A DNA stretch of 64,000 nt from the human T2T-CHM13v2.0 reference genome, Homo sapiens (GCF_009914755.1 NC_060930.1), one strand, 5' to 3'; shown: positions 36,924 to 56,340, counted from the stretch's first letter. Translations and numbers: made by a program. Notes: generated by a model from the sequence alone, not told the origin.

Positions 36924-38474
36924 TGATTTTTATTTTTTTAATGAGCTATCTGGATGCCTGATGAAGAATAAACTATGATGAGACCAGGATAGGAGCAAGG
37001 AGACCAGTTCGGAGGGTACCACAGTAATGCAGTTGAGATGGCAGTGGCTTGGACCAGTGTGTTAGTGGTAGAGGCTGTGAAAAGTGGTTGGATTCTATAT
37101 ATATTTTGAAGTAAGGTTCATAGTTCTTTTCTGAGCTACTGAATGTGTAGAGTATGAAAGACAGACCAAAATGTATGGATGATTCCAATGATTTTGCCAA
37201 AGCAACTGGAACTGGAGGTGTCAATTGCTAAAATGTGGAAAAATAAGGAACAAGTTTTGGAGAGGATTCAAATTCTTAGTTTTGGATATCCAGAGAGAAT
37301 GTAAGATGCCTGTTACATATCTAAGAGAAAGATATGAAAGATATGAAATAGGCAGTTGGCTATAAAAACCTGCAGGTTAGAAAAGAAACATGGAGATATA
37401 ATTCACAGTCGTCAAACCATAATTGCCGTAAGAGTGAAAAAGCCACAAGATGGGATTAAATATCTTAAGAAAGAAGGTAGATAATAAAGAGAAAAAGTTT
37501 TGGGTCAAAGAAGTAAAGAGTGTTTTTTTGTATACATGACATGTGAATTCCTAACTTACAGTTTTACAATTTCTTTCTCCAGTAATTTTCCTTTTCTCCT
37601 GTAATTTTCAGAACAAACAATAAATATTATCCCTATTTTACAAATGTGGAAAAATTCCCTTACTAATAAGAGTATGAAATAACACTGGAATCCTCACTTA
37701 AATAATCTATTAAAGTTAGAGCCATGGGGAGATCACTTTGGAGATCCAGTTATAGATATTCACAGTTTTTCCAAAATACACCCACTCTCACCACATATTT
37801 GGGGACATTTGAATCCCCTGATGCAATTCTATGTGTTCTCAGGCATCCTGAAGCCTATTCGTGGAAACCAGCTTCAGAGCTCTGTATCTGATGCTGCCTT
37901 TTCTCTTCCCTTAGCACTGCCACTTCTGATGGCTCTGAGAAGATGGACCTGGAGAATGAAAATCTCCATCTGATTCTTTTGAACTGATATTTCCTTGTTG
38001 CTGTGGAGATACTATATATATATATTTATGTCATGAACACTTAATGACCAGCCTACAGCGTTGTACTCCATACTCAGAGACCCTGTTATTTACTTGAAAG
38101 TCCAATTAATATGAACTTCAAATTTCAACAGAATCTCGTTATCTTTGCCAAACAGCTAATCTCATCATCTTGAAATTGGTGAATGGCATTTATACACTTT
38201 TAGTTGGAATCATCTCTTTTTCTTTCACATCCTACATAATAATCTATCAGTAAGTTCTGTGAGCTCTTCCTTGAAAACACAAACAGAATTCAACCATTTC
38301 TTATTCCCACTGCTGCTACTCTGGTCAAGCCCTGCCATCTCCTACCTTTATTATTGCAACACCATCATCACCTGGTTCTCCCAGAGGAATTCCAATAAAG
38401 GGCAATTCAGATCAGATGACTCCTCTGCTGAAACCCCCCCAAGTGGTTCTCATGTCACTTAATGAAAAACTCAA

Positions 38475-38779
<305 letters not shown>

Positions 38780-39186
38780 TCAAGGTCCTTTCAGTGGGTT
38801 ACAGCGCCACACTGTCTGATCCTTGTTACCTCTTTAGCCTCAAATCCCGCTACTCTTCCTCTCCTTCCTAGCCAACTCGACTAGTTCCTGGAACTTGCTA
38901 GAAGTACTCATCACTCTCAGGAAGGACGTACTAATGGTTCCCCTTGAGTGGTCCACTCAGCTTCTAGGTTTCTGCAGGTGCTGTTCACTCACTTCCTTCA
39001 GGTTTGTATTCAAATATCATAGTCTTCTTGAAGCTATCCATAACAACACTGTTTAGCATTACAACCCCTCCCCACCGCCTCCCTCTATATTTTTTCCTGC
39101 CCTTGAGGAGCTTTCAGTCTATTTGGTCAGTCAAAACATGCCCTCATGGGAAGCAGAGCAGGAATTAAATATTATATAGAATGTCA

Positions 39187-39533
<347 letters not shown>

Positions 39534-39930
39534 AGAAAGTTCAGAAAATAGTATAAATCATGTCGGTATTGGAAGAGATGGTTGATGCTTGGACAAGTGG
39601 CTTGTTAGGCCAATGACAGGAATGTGGACTTTCTTCTGAACATCGGGAACCATGCAAAATCCCTTTCCTGACCCCTCAACTGTTCTGATTATGTAAAACA
39701 ATTCTCATATCTTTTACAAAACTATTTCTTGCACTGAGTATATTGAATTCAAATTATGTGTTTAATTTATCTGAACAAGTGCCTGAATGGATATGAATAA
39801 AATAAATACAAATCTAAATGAATTTACAAATGATAAAATGAAATACTTCAGCGTACATGTGAAGTATTTCCTTTCCCTTGCAGAAAAGGAAAATATTTCA
39901 AGAAGAATCCCTTACAAAACAAGTCTCACA

Positions 39931-40251
<321 letters not shown>

Positions 40252-40959
40252 TTATATAGTAGCAGAGATTTTTGTTAAGTGCTCACTCTTTTTTCAGCAT
40301 CTACAGACTTTTGGAGTATAAGGGGAGATTTCCTTTTTCATAACCAAATTTTTGCTATAAGCAATATTTCATAGTTTACAGAAGTTCTTTTTATAGAAGT
40401 TGAAGTGACTTTTCCACAAACATGTTTGTACATTATTTTTTCTTGTTTCTTGTTTGTACTTCTAGATACATTTAAAATTGTAATAAATTGATATACAAGT
40501 TATAAAGAATAATATGATGGCCATGCTTGAACCCAATTGTCAATCAAATATATTTGTTATATCTGTTATATTTGTCATATTACCAAAAACTGCTTTGACC
40601 TCTTCTGTCATCTTCCTGCTACTGCCCCCAGAGGTAACCATGACCATAAATTATGTCACTTTCTGGCCTTAATCCTTCTTGTTCCTCTGTTCCTTACAGT
40701 CATTTTGTACTTTTTAAATTAGCCTTCCCATTTGATCCTCTTTGAGGTCATTAGGACATTATTTCATAAACATGAACATGTGCTCAGAGTCACACATATT
40801 ATTAGGTGGTTCACAAATACTTCTTAGTCTATTTTTTCCTGGTTTATTTCCTTTTATGCTAGGATATTCTATTCTCTTGATTTTCGATTTCTTTAGTCAG
40901 CGTATCTTAAATTTACTCTATTCATTTGTATATTGCATAGGATAATAGCTGGTATGTAG

Positions 40960-41363
<404 letters not shown>

Positions 41364-41521
41364 GAGTTTCCTATTTCTTAACCACACCATTGATAGTTTG
41401 GGATAGAGACAAATAGAGAAAGTTATCTTTAGAGGAGCTGTCTGTTGCACCAAAAAAAAAATGTAACAGCACTGTTAACATCTTGGCATTGACCCTTATA
41501 GTCACTCTTTTTTCCTAAAAC

Positions 41522-41525
<4 letters not shown>

Positions 41526-41561
<36 letters not shown>
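41526..41561. repeat. (TG)n microsatellite
   Basis: Direct reading. Confidence 0.95.
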
Positions 41562-41562
<1 letters not shown>

Positions 41563-41989
41563 CATCATGTAAATAAGAATACACTACTTGGCAACTTGGA
41601 TTTACCCCATACAATGCCATGAGCATATTTTATGTCGTTTTTTTTAAAGCATTCTTTTTAACAGCTGCATAATATTCCATTAGGGATAAAACCTAGTTTT
41701 AGGCAAAGTCCAACTCTTCAACATTAGTATTTCCAGTTGTTAGCCACAGTAAACAAAAATATGGACAATATTAACAAAATTAGAAGTTAAAATCAATGAG
41801 TTTGTATATTTTTAAATATTTGCAGAAAAGAAAAGGGAGTAGTCTGGAATGGGGACTAGATTTCAAACTTGGATGAGTAAGTGAAGCCAGGTAGAGTATC
41901 ATAAGGTCTGTCTTGGTTGTGCTGAGTTTCAGATGCCTGTGAAATACTTATTTCATGTACTATTTAGAAGCCTAATCACCATAATTTTT

Positions 41990-42352
41990 GATATTGACTG
42001 AATTGCCTGACTGAAATCCAAGTCAGCCCACAATTCAAACATTGAAGTCCAATACCAACTACTTGAAAATGTGACTATTTGGAGATAAGGTCTTTAAAGG
42101 TGTAAAATGAGGTTTTAAGGGTGGGTCCTAATGTATTCTGACTGCTGTCCTTATAAGATGATATTAAAACACAACCCACACACACACAGGGAAGACCAGA
42201 GAGGGGAAAACCCAAGGAGAGTGGCCCCAGAAAAAATCAATCATGCTCACTGGTTTGATCTTGAACTTGTAGCCTTCAGAATTGTGACAAAATTAATTTT
42301 TTTAAGCCACACAGTCTTTGGTAGTTTGTTTTGGCAGCCCTAGCGAACACAC
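41990..42352 (+). mobile_element. MaLR LTR (MLT1A/B-like)
   Basis: AATGTGACTATTTGGAGATAAGGTCTTTAAAG...GGGTGGGTCCTAAT...TTTAAGCCACACAGTCTTTGGTAGTTTGTTTTGGCAGCCCTAG. Confidence 0.75.
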
Positions 42353-42473
42353 TTCTCAAACATTTTCATTCTGGGAATACTTTTCTCCACACCTTTTCTA
42401 TGTTATGCTAGCTTTTGTACTCCACAAAGACAAACACACAGAACACAGATGCACACCCACCCCTACTGTATGT

Positions 42474-43243
42474 TGTAGGGGAGGAAAGAGCGTTTCCTTT
42501 TACCCATCTTATGTTCATTGGCTGGGGCCCTGAAACAAAATACAGATTAACAACAGAAAAATATACACTTTATTTTTATTTTGATTTATTTATTTATTTT
42601 TGAGACGGAGTCTTGCTCTGTCGCCCATGCTGGAGTGCAGTTGCCCGATCTTGGCTCACGGCAAGCTCCACCTCCCGGCTTCATGGCATTCTCCTGCCGC
42701 AGTCTCCCGAGTAGCTGGGACTACAGGCGCCCGCCACCACACCCGGCTAATTTTTTTCAATTTTCAGTAGAGACGGGGTTTCACCGTGTTAGCCAGGATG
42801 GTCTCGATCTCCTGACCTCGTGATCCGCCCGCCTCGGCCTCCCAAAGTGCTGGGATTACAGGCGTGAGCCGGCGTGAGCCACCGCGCCCGGCCAAGAGAA
42901 AAACATTCACATTTAATATGAAGTTTTACATGACATAAGGAAATAAGGACCTGAAGAAGGGCTTAAACCTGAGTGTGTTTGCACTAGGTTTGATGAAGAG
43001 AGTCATGCAGAAATATAACAAGACAAAAATAATATGAGCTAAGGATAATAAACAAGGAGAAATCTAGCAAGGTTTATTTGTTCAGATTCCTCGCATACTC
43101 TGCAAGACTCCCAGGAGGGTCTTAAGACCTGCTTCAGAGGAAGGTCATACGAACATTCTTGTCTATGTTGTTCTACTAATGTCTTAGAATATTTACTATG
43201 TCAAGGCGCCATACTTTGGAGTACTATGTTGTCAGAAACCTGA
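42474..43243 (-). mobile_element. MER34-like ERV1 LTR interrupted by AluY (about 42570-42892,-)
   Basis: TGTAGGGGAGGAAA...CAGATTAACA...GCACTAGGTTTGATGAAG; the Alu carries GGCGTGAGCC twice. Confidence 0.6.
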
Positions 43244-43339
43244 GGTTGCTCATGGAGTACTATGGAGTAGTGACCTTTTTTTTTTTTTTTGGTCCCATTT
43301 TAGAAATTTGATTAATGAGTATAAACTAATGGTTTCTAT

Positions 43340-44626
<1,287 letters not shown>

Positions 44627-44694
44627 AATCGGAAAAATTATTCCCTAGAAAACGGTGAAATTCAATATTAAAGCTCTTTATGTGAGACTTGAGT

Positions 44695-44710
44695 GGCTCT
44701 GAAAAGAGCC
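44695..44710 (-). terminator. H2BC8: Histone 3' stem-loop
   Basis: Reverse complement GGCTCTTTTCAGAGCC; HDE AAAAGAGCT. Confidence 0.97.
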
Positions 44711-44739
44711 TTTGAGTTTTAAAGCACCTAAGCACACAT

Positions 44740-45844
<1,105 letters not shown>

Positions 45845-45893
45845 AATGATTACTAGTCAAATCCGTCAGTGATCCCGAGTCCCAGAAACCAAA

Positions 45894-45909
45894 GGCTCTT
45901 TTCAGAGCC
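45894..45909 (+). terminator. H2AC8: Histone 3' stem-loop
   Basis: GGCTCTTTTCAGAGCC. Confidence 0.97.
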
Positions 45910-46319
45910 ACCCACCTTTTCTGTAAAGTGCTGGAATACACATACGATGCCTGAAATCTCAATGTTCACTGTCCTAGTTTTTAACGAACGCTTCTGACGT
46001 TACTGGTCAGTTCTTTATTGAAATCCTTGCTCACATTTCATGCACTAATTTATCTTACTGGTGTTTCTTTGCAGTAAAAATGCGTTTATAAAGGTATACA
46101 AAATAGAAACCGAGGTTGTGACACCAAGGTTTCACTGCGTTATTTTGTGTATAGGTCCATGCTGTGTATACAAATTTATCATTAATACACAGGCTGTTTA
46201 TTCATGTGCACTTGTCAGAAAAGGGTGAAATATTAATACAGAAACGAGAGAACAAAGAAGGATAGCTGCCCATTAGCATTTCAGGGCGGGCTTTTTAAGT
46301 TTTAAAGATGACTGCATTC

Positions 46320-47335
<1,016 letters not shown>

Positions 47336-47518
47336 CCCAGGAGCAAAAACTTAGTTTTATGACCTAAATTTATAAATGGACTACACTGTAAAGCACAATT
47401 AATTATTCAACTTTAGTAGAAATCCAGTCACATTTCTCTGTAAAAAATCTCAAATCTAATTGGATCACACACCAGGCCCTATAAAGAGAAGTGATCTGTA
47501 AATCTGATATGAAAGGTC

Positions 47519-47716
47519 ATGGCCTGCACCAAGCCAACCACACGGAAGTCCACTGGTGGCAGACAGCCTCCTAAGCAGCTGGCCACCAAGGCAGCCAGCA
47601 AGAGCACTCTGGCCACCAGCAGCTTGAAGATGTCCCTCAGATATAGGCCCTGAATCATGCTGAAATTCATCGCTACCAGAAGTCACTGAGCTACTTAAGG
47701 GAAAAGCTGCCCTTTC
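47519..47716 (+). pseudogene. H3C5P: Histone H3 pseudogene, 5' half only
   Basis: [44 protein letters not shown] then [16 protein letters not shown]; TATAAA near 47481; symbol inferred from position between H3C4 and H3C6. Confidence 0.88.
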
Positions 47717-48164
47717 TTAAATGTTAGGACAAGGTTGCTGAATGAGATTATTAAAAAAATTAATGCCCCTAGGGTTCTAAATAATTGCAGTTATATGTGT
47801 TCCACTGAACAGAAGTTATTGGCATCACAAATAATTTGCATCAAAAATAATTTCTGGTGATACAAATAACAGAAATTATTTGCATCACCAGACAAAAGCC
47901 TCCAAGAAGTAACTTCGATAGTTTGATACCTTTAATCAATGGTAAATTGTGAGATGATGTAAGCACATTTCCCTGCAAACTTTGTAAAACCTATAAATTT
48001 TTTATAGTGGGATACATTCTTCCCCCTCCCTTTTTTCCTCACAAGTCTTACAATGTTTCTTAAATAAAATTTTCACTAAAACACGATTAAAATATAGCAA
48101 TTGCAAGATAAATGTCTATGAAGCCCCATAGTATAACTCCCTGACATTCTTTACTCAATCAAAT

Positions 48165-49508
48165 TGGGGCTCAGAAACAATACCCCAAAATGAAGGCCAA
48201 AGAAGCAACCTCAGAAGCAAAATTTTTCTGTGACTTTCTCCTGCCCTCTTGTCTCTCAGTCCCATTCTCCCCTGAGGCTAGACATAGAAACTAGAATTCC
48301 GGTTTCCCAAGGTGGCTTATGACAACCAGAATCCTTTTTCCCCAAAGCCAACCATAAAAACTAAAAATATTACTCTAACTTCCCTTCCAACTTTTCGTGT
48401 AAAAACTGGACACAGAGAAATTATTTGATCCACCTTGTTTAATTGCAGGTCATAAGACCCCATTCCAGAGATGGAGCTGTCCCATACCCAATACCCAGAA
48501 GGAAGGAATGCATGTTCAAAGAGGTGAGGGATGAAATGAAAATTCTAAACCCCTTTGACAGAATAATGGACCCTCCTTTGGCTAAAAGACCCCAAAAGTT
48601 TAAGTTCCCAGGCATGACAGGATGGAGGCTGCACATCCTGTTTGTTAATACCCCTCTTCCCCTTTCTAATCACTGCTAGATTTTCTCAAAGTCCGATTTG
48701 AGGGAATAATACACCGGAAAGCCCTTTTACTTACTTTATCTGGCCTCTTCCACCCTCCTCCATGGTGGTCCAGACAAGACAGATATTAAGGACCATAGAG
48801 TTTCTTGATAAATGACTGCAGGCCCACAACTGGTTGTGACCAGTCTCCTGAGAATGCAGATCATGGACTTCTGCCCTACATTTCAGTTTTATATATAGGA
48901 CCTAATTATAACTCATTTAAATGTTAAATCTTCACCCCAAAGTGATCATGGGACATATCTTACATACATGTAAACCTAATACACATCTGATTGGGTGTCC
49001 TTCATGAATATTCATAGCTCCTCCTATAACCTGTTGAATATGTATATTTCTCCAACCCAATCCTCAAAAATTCCTGTTTTATCCCTCCCTGCTTCCCTCC
49101 AAGTGCCTGTCTCTCAGCAAACCAAAGCTACCCTTCCCAGCCTGTCAGAATGGCCACCTTGCAGGCTGCAACTCTTTGAGAAATAAAGCTCCTTTGCAAA
49201 TGTATGAACCTTCTCATTCTTCAGTTGACAGAGGCCAAGAAGAGTCTAGACAAACAGGCCTTGCTGGGTTTCTCCACTCGGTTTATTAACGTTTCATCAT
49301 ACCCTTTTTATCCAATCAAATTTCTACAAGGTTGTCCATATGTTGTTGAACCTAAGCATAGAATTGGACAATTTTTCCTGTATCTTTGTGTTTTCATCCT
49401 AAAGGCTCCCTTGAAGACGTTAATAAATTTGTGTAACTTTTCTCCAATTAATCTGCCTTTTGCAAGCTAATCTTACAGCAAAGCTTCAGAGCTCGCCTTG
49501 GCTCCTAT
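48165..49508 (+). mobile_element. MER39-like ERV1 LTR, split by a MER4-group LTR
   Basis: GGGGCTCAGAAACAATACCCCAAAATGAAGGCC...; the two halves join collinearly with the copy at 59482-60097. Confidence 0.75.
48525..49230 (+). mobile_element. Solo LTR, MER4-group ERV1
   Basis: TG...CA ends; 4-bp TSD GAGG (48521-48524 and 49231-49234); AATAAA near the 3' end. Confidence 0.8.
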
Positions 49509-49769
49509 ATAATAATAAACACTTTAACTTTTTATTCTTTTTAGACTTCAAAGTAATTGACCTGATGTTCTCATCCGAGTTTTTCTTGGAGCTTATGTAG
49601 CTTCCAGGAATAGCAAATTATTTTCCAGACTTTCTTCTTTTCATGAAATGGCATTGTGCTTCCACAGTGATTTCTCTTCCCCTTTTTTTAAACACCAGAA
49701 TTAGCAGTTGTAGAGGCTGTCCCTCAAAAATATATGATCGAGGGGAAAATATTCATATAACATTTCTTT

Positions 49770-49945
49770 TTTTGTTGTTTTGTTTTTTTTTTTTTTTCAT
49801 TTTTGGGTCTTGCTCTGTTGCCCAGACTGGGTTGCAGTCTCACAATTATGACTCACTGCAGCCTCAAATTCCTAGCCTCAAGCAATCCTCCTAACTCAGC
49901 CTCCTGGGTCACTGGCATTATCGGACTGAGCCACTGTGCCCGGCT
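49770..49945 (-). mobile_element. Alu monomer (FRAM/AluJ-like)
   Basis: Antisense monomer. Confidence 0.8.
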
Positions 49946-50200
49946 AAAAGAATTTCAAATACTGTCCACTTACTGATATTTTGCTATGGAAAAATTCAAA
50001 CATCAATAATTTTGCTAGTTGCCCACCTCTTCTTGCGTCATTGAGTAATGGCTTAACAAGCCCCCTTAGTTCTCTAACACAACTGTATAGACATATAGAT
50101 GTAGATATAAATATAGATATTGATTTATTGTAAATAAAGTCCAGATGCTATAACTGGGTTCATAGAAATATATTGAATGTCCTCATTGTTTCAAGGCCTA

Positions 50201-51384
<1,184 letters not shown>

Positions 51385-52289
51385 TCCTATGGGAAATTGT
51401 GTTCAGGTATGGAAATAGTGATGGAAATTACTGATTAATACAAGTGAGCTGCTAAGTTCTTATGTAATCATGTAAATTTTGCACTGACTTCTAAAATAAA
51501 GCTTTACAAATATTTAGAGATGAGGATTATGAAAGGAACTGAAGGTAGGTTCCAATGGCAAAACACCGGATTGACAGATTTAAGAACACTGGGGAGGAAA
51601 TAGAACTATGGGGCATAAAGATGGAATTTCCTTAATGGTTCTCACTGACTGTGACCTAAAGTTTATCTTTTGATTTTGGAAACATTTTTTAGATGTAGAT
51701 ATTAACATTCTAATAATAGAAATGAAAAAACTAAAATGAAAATGAGAAAACAGAAGATAATATCAATAAACAGGTCTTGGGCCTCAGAAGATGAGATGTA
51801 GGGAGTGTGGAGAGGAAAAGCACAGAGGGTGCATAGCTCTCATTAACAAACGGCCCAGCCCACAAATACGTAATCATATTATACAAAAGGATTTCAGTTC
51901 TTCCCTTGCTTCCTATGAAACAATTTTGCCAACATACCTAACCGTTTTACCGTGATTTAAAGTGTACAGAATTTTCTTTTTCTGAAAAGGAGAGAAGCAA
52001 GGGACTCATATATATTTCAGATGTGAGATTGAAACGCACGACAATGTGTAATTTCAGTCAAGACTTGCCCACGAGTCCTAAGATAATTCAAATTTGCAAA
52101 ATAGACACTAACTTGAAAGGTGCAATTGTATCAATCCTGTGGTTAGCAGAATTTTGATGAATGCCCTAAAATAGGGCAGGTTTAACAGAATTCAGGGAAT
52201 GAGCAGGAATGCACAAAGCATCCTTTGTCTCCTCTCCACTCCAGCTTGCAGACATCCGCGGGCATTTGCGGGCAGTGATAAATTTGGTT

Positions 52290-52402
52290 TAGCCGTTTCC
52301 CCTCCCTGGAGGACGGGGGCTCCAGCATATTCGTGATGTCAATCGCCTTGGACTACATGCCAGCGTCATTGCGAACCTGCTACACTTTACAAAATAGCTT
52401 TC
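52290..52402 (-). pseudogene. Highly decayed H2B relic
   Basis: ESYFV (52402-52388); QVRNDAGM*SKAIDITN (52379-52329; 36/51 nt identical to H2BC7 [17 protein letters not shown]); TCCAGGGAG (SRE) 52310-52302. Confidence 0.7.
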
Positions 52403-52484
52403 CAATGAGAAAGAAAACCTACTGGGAAAGAAAAACAAAAAGAAACTAGACCTTGCAACGGGCACGCACGCGCACTATCCCTCT

Positions 52485-52700
52485 CTGAAATATTTATAGT
52501 ACGCTTACACAAACGCGAACTTGTAAATCAAAACTCTGCCTGAACCAAAGTAGCCAATAGATTAAAAGTATGTAAATTAGGAATTCCCAAACTGCTCTTT
52601 TTATTGGCTAGGAAAAGAACACCTTACAGGGAATCCGATAGGTTAATTCACAATAGTGTTAGGCTGTAATGTCATTCCTTAAGAATCTTTTCCAGTAAAC
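52485..52700. promoter_or_regulatory. Relic bidirectional H2B/H2A promoter
   Basis: Minus-strand TATAAATA near 52491-52498; CCAAT 52554; GTATGTAAATTAGG 52568-52581 (13/14 to the H2AC7/H2BC7 octamer context); ATTGG 52603; TTCACAAT 52647-52654. Confidence 0.65.
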
Positions 52701-52730
52701 ATTTGTTACTTTTTCAAAGTAATTGGGAGC

Positions 52731-52876
52731 TGTTGAGTGTGGAAGCGAAAACCAAGTTAAGAAGTCCTGTTATTTGGGTGAGTCCAGTTCCTATAAAAGT
52801 TCTGTTGGATGTGTCTTAAATTGTTCGGTGCACCTCAGCTCTCTCCCGCAGGGATCCGGAGAAACTGCGCCATTGT
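52731..52876 (+). pseudogene. Very decayed H2A relic (tentative)
   Basis: Short collinear H2A-like blocks GTGGAAGC, TCCAGTTCC 52793, GTGCACC 52828, CCCGCAGGG, GCGCCATTGT 52867 at the position expected from the relic promoter. Confidence 0.4.
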
Positions 52877-53439
52877 TGTCTTACAGAGAAACAACCTTCT
52901 AACACTCTCTTCGCCGCCATCTTTTTCAAGATTTTAAATTGAAAATACTTTTTTTGACGGCTCTTGCCATTACGTCTGGACGTTTTAATTTCAACAAAAC
53001 GAAATAATAGTGTTAAGTTCTTTGAGTCAAACCCGATATTACAGAGGTAGGGATTCCAGGATATTAGAATTTTACTATAACACAAATGAAACACAAAGTT
53101 CCTTATGCTTAACAGTGTATCTTAGAAAACCTTGTTTGAGTGAATTAGCCTTGTACTCTATAATGAAACGAGGAATCATTGAGAGATACTTAGGCAACGG
53201 ATTTTAAATGAGTGAATAGGGAAGGGAAAAACTTCAGGAAAATGCAGAAAAAAGCAGCGGAGATTTTGGAAAAAAAAATTCTAAAGCACTTTCTAACGCA
53301 AACACATTCGATTTTTTATAGCTAAACAGGATAACAGATCAGTCTATTAAGTTAAATGATCAATGTCTTTGCAGGTCATGGTCTACGTGAAACATCAAAG
53401 AAACCTGTAACGGAAAACGACTTGTTTGAAAGAGCCAGT

Positions 53440-54038
<599 letters not shown>

Positions 54039-54068
54039 ATTGTTTTGAGTACAAACCTTAAATCCAAA

Positions 54069-54084
54069 GGCTCTTCTCAGAGCC
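54069..54084 (+). terminator. H3C6: Histone 3' stem-loop (TCTC loop)
   Basis: GGCTCTTCTCAGAGCC; HDE GAAAAGGGCT. Confidence 0.95.
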
Positions 54085-54214
54085 AACCACTTTGTCCGTG
54101 AAAAGGGCTGTAATCCTTTGAGACGCATTAGACCACTAAACTGCACTGATCCAAATAGACATTTGAAATAGTGGCATTCAGTTCCCTCGATGCTTCATTT
54201 AAATTTCCAAATTT

Positions 54215-54756
54215 AAGCGCTCCCTCAGGTTTTCGCCTAGGGCTGGGCCTCCCTACGCTGTTCTCCATTGGTTTAGCTGGCTTTGTTTTGCTGTTCAGGC
54301 CCTCTGCTGCTTTCTTGTACATTGTTCTCGTTTTCTAAACTCCTGGCCACTTAATTGTACCCTGCTTAACCCATCCTCTTGTTTTCTGGCTCAACGCTCT
54401 TTCATGTGGTGGCCTGCATTTTAGGTCTTAACTGCATAGGCTTTCAACGCCTTGGTTTTGCCTTTCCTTGATGTTTATTTGACCTTGCCTGAGGGGCCAG
54501 CGCTTTTGATCTGCATCAGGCTGCCTTACTCCACTAGTGTTTTGAGACCCAGCTACTTGCCGGCGACGGTCGGTGCCTTGGGTGCGGTCAACGTTACTCT
54601 CTGTGCGCCTGATACTGGTCTAAGGCTAAGGTTATTAGCTGGAACACCTAGACCCGTGGCACTAACACACAGCTCTTGCAGACTTGACAGCCTTGCATAG
54701 GTTCTAAACTGCAGGAGTCAAAGCAACGAAGGTGCAGATGGGTGTGTCTCAAACCT
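54215..54756 (-). pseudogene. Decayed histone H1 relic convergent with H3C6
   Basis: AGG TTT GAG ACA (cf. MSET) at 54756; VFQLITLA (cf. VSELITKA); LGLKTLVE*GSLMQIKSAGPSGKVK at 54552-54478 (14/25 aa identical to H1-3); K/A/P-rich tail; 3' end approximate. Confidence 0.85.
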
Positions 54757-54758
54757 GA

Positions 54759-55044
<286 letters not shown>

Positions 55045-56340
55045 TAAAAGAACTTTTCAACTTTAGTAAATACCCTGTCTTAATCAAATCTCATTAAAAG
55101 TACCCCATATTTATCAACAAAACATGAAAATCCTTGGACGGCTTCAAAGTTCTTACAGAAAATATTCTGCCTTTCCTTTCCATACAAAGGCACAGCTTCG
55201 AAACTGGTAGGTGAAGGGAAGGAAAATAAGGAATTCTGTTCCGAAATCATACAGGCTGTTATTTGGAAATACAGAAGGGTGTATGTACTATATGGGATAC
55301 TGCATGCTATTTGGAAGAATTTTGTTTATTTAAACATTTCAGCAAATTTCTCAGTTTTGATATGGGGTGCAGTATTTTTAACTCATTGAGAAATTTCTAC
55401 TAACTTTTTTGAATGTGCTCTTTTCCCACTAGTTGCACTAAGGAAAGAGGTTAGTCATGTGGTAAAATTAATAGTGACAAAGCTGTAAATAGCTCTGCAG
55501 GCCAAGGTAGCCATAGTAAGAAGTCCTGGAGATTTATGGAAGAAATTTTTGTTCATGGAAGCCTGTCAGACATGAAGATGTGGGTCTTGTGAATTGGAGA
55601 TTCAGTGCGTGAGGAAAACAGCCTAACTATCCATAATTAAGGTAACTACTGTCAGATATTTGTAACATAGTGAACATCCTATTATGCTAGATAGAAGCAT
55701 TCTCTATTTGAATGTTGTTTCCTGTATCCTGTACTTTCTTTAAGATTCTAGCTCAACAAGTTTTAACCTGTATTTCTCTTACAGCTACTGGAATTCAGTA
55801 CGTGAGGACTTGGACTTGGTGGGCACAGAATGCATCTTTTTATATCATTAAATCCACCAGAACATCTAGCATGGTCATTTGCCTAAAACAAAGCCTCTGG
55901 AAATTTAGTCAAGTTGAGATGTAAAATAAAAGATTACTGAACAGAATTTAACATTGAGTGCATTCCTATTTACAAAAATAAAAGATTAGATAAAGTTTAT
56001 ATAATTTTAATATATAGTTTTTCTAAATAGGAAAAATCCACACTTATTGAGTGGCTGCAATGGGCCAGAAGTCATGCAGTATTTTATGAAGCCTCCAAAA
56101 ATGTAAGTTCAATAGTTATCTATTATCAAAAACAAATTTAAAAACTGAAACTAAGAAAATTTCAGATAGTGCTGGAGCCAAAACTTTCCCCACTAGGCAT
56201 TACTGTTTTAAATAAACAGCCTCAGCAGAATCCTCATCAGTTACTCCTGAGGACTTTATCACCTGGAAGAGCTACTAACATGTTTAATTTTTTCATACAC
56301 AATAAAATAAATGGATGTTTTAAAATTTACAGGGTCTTAG

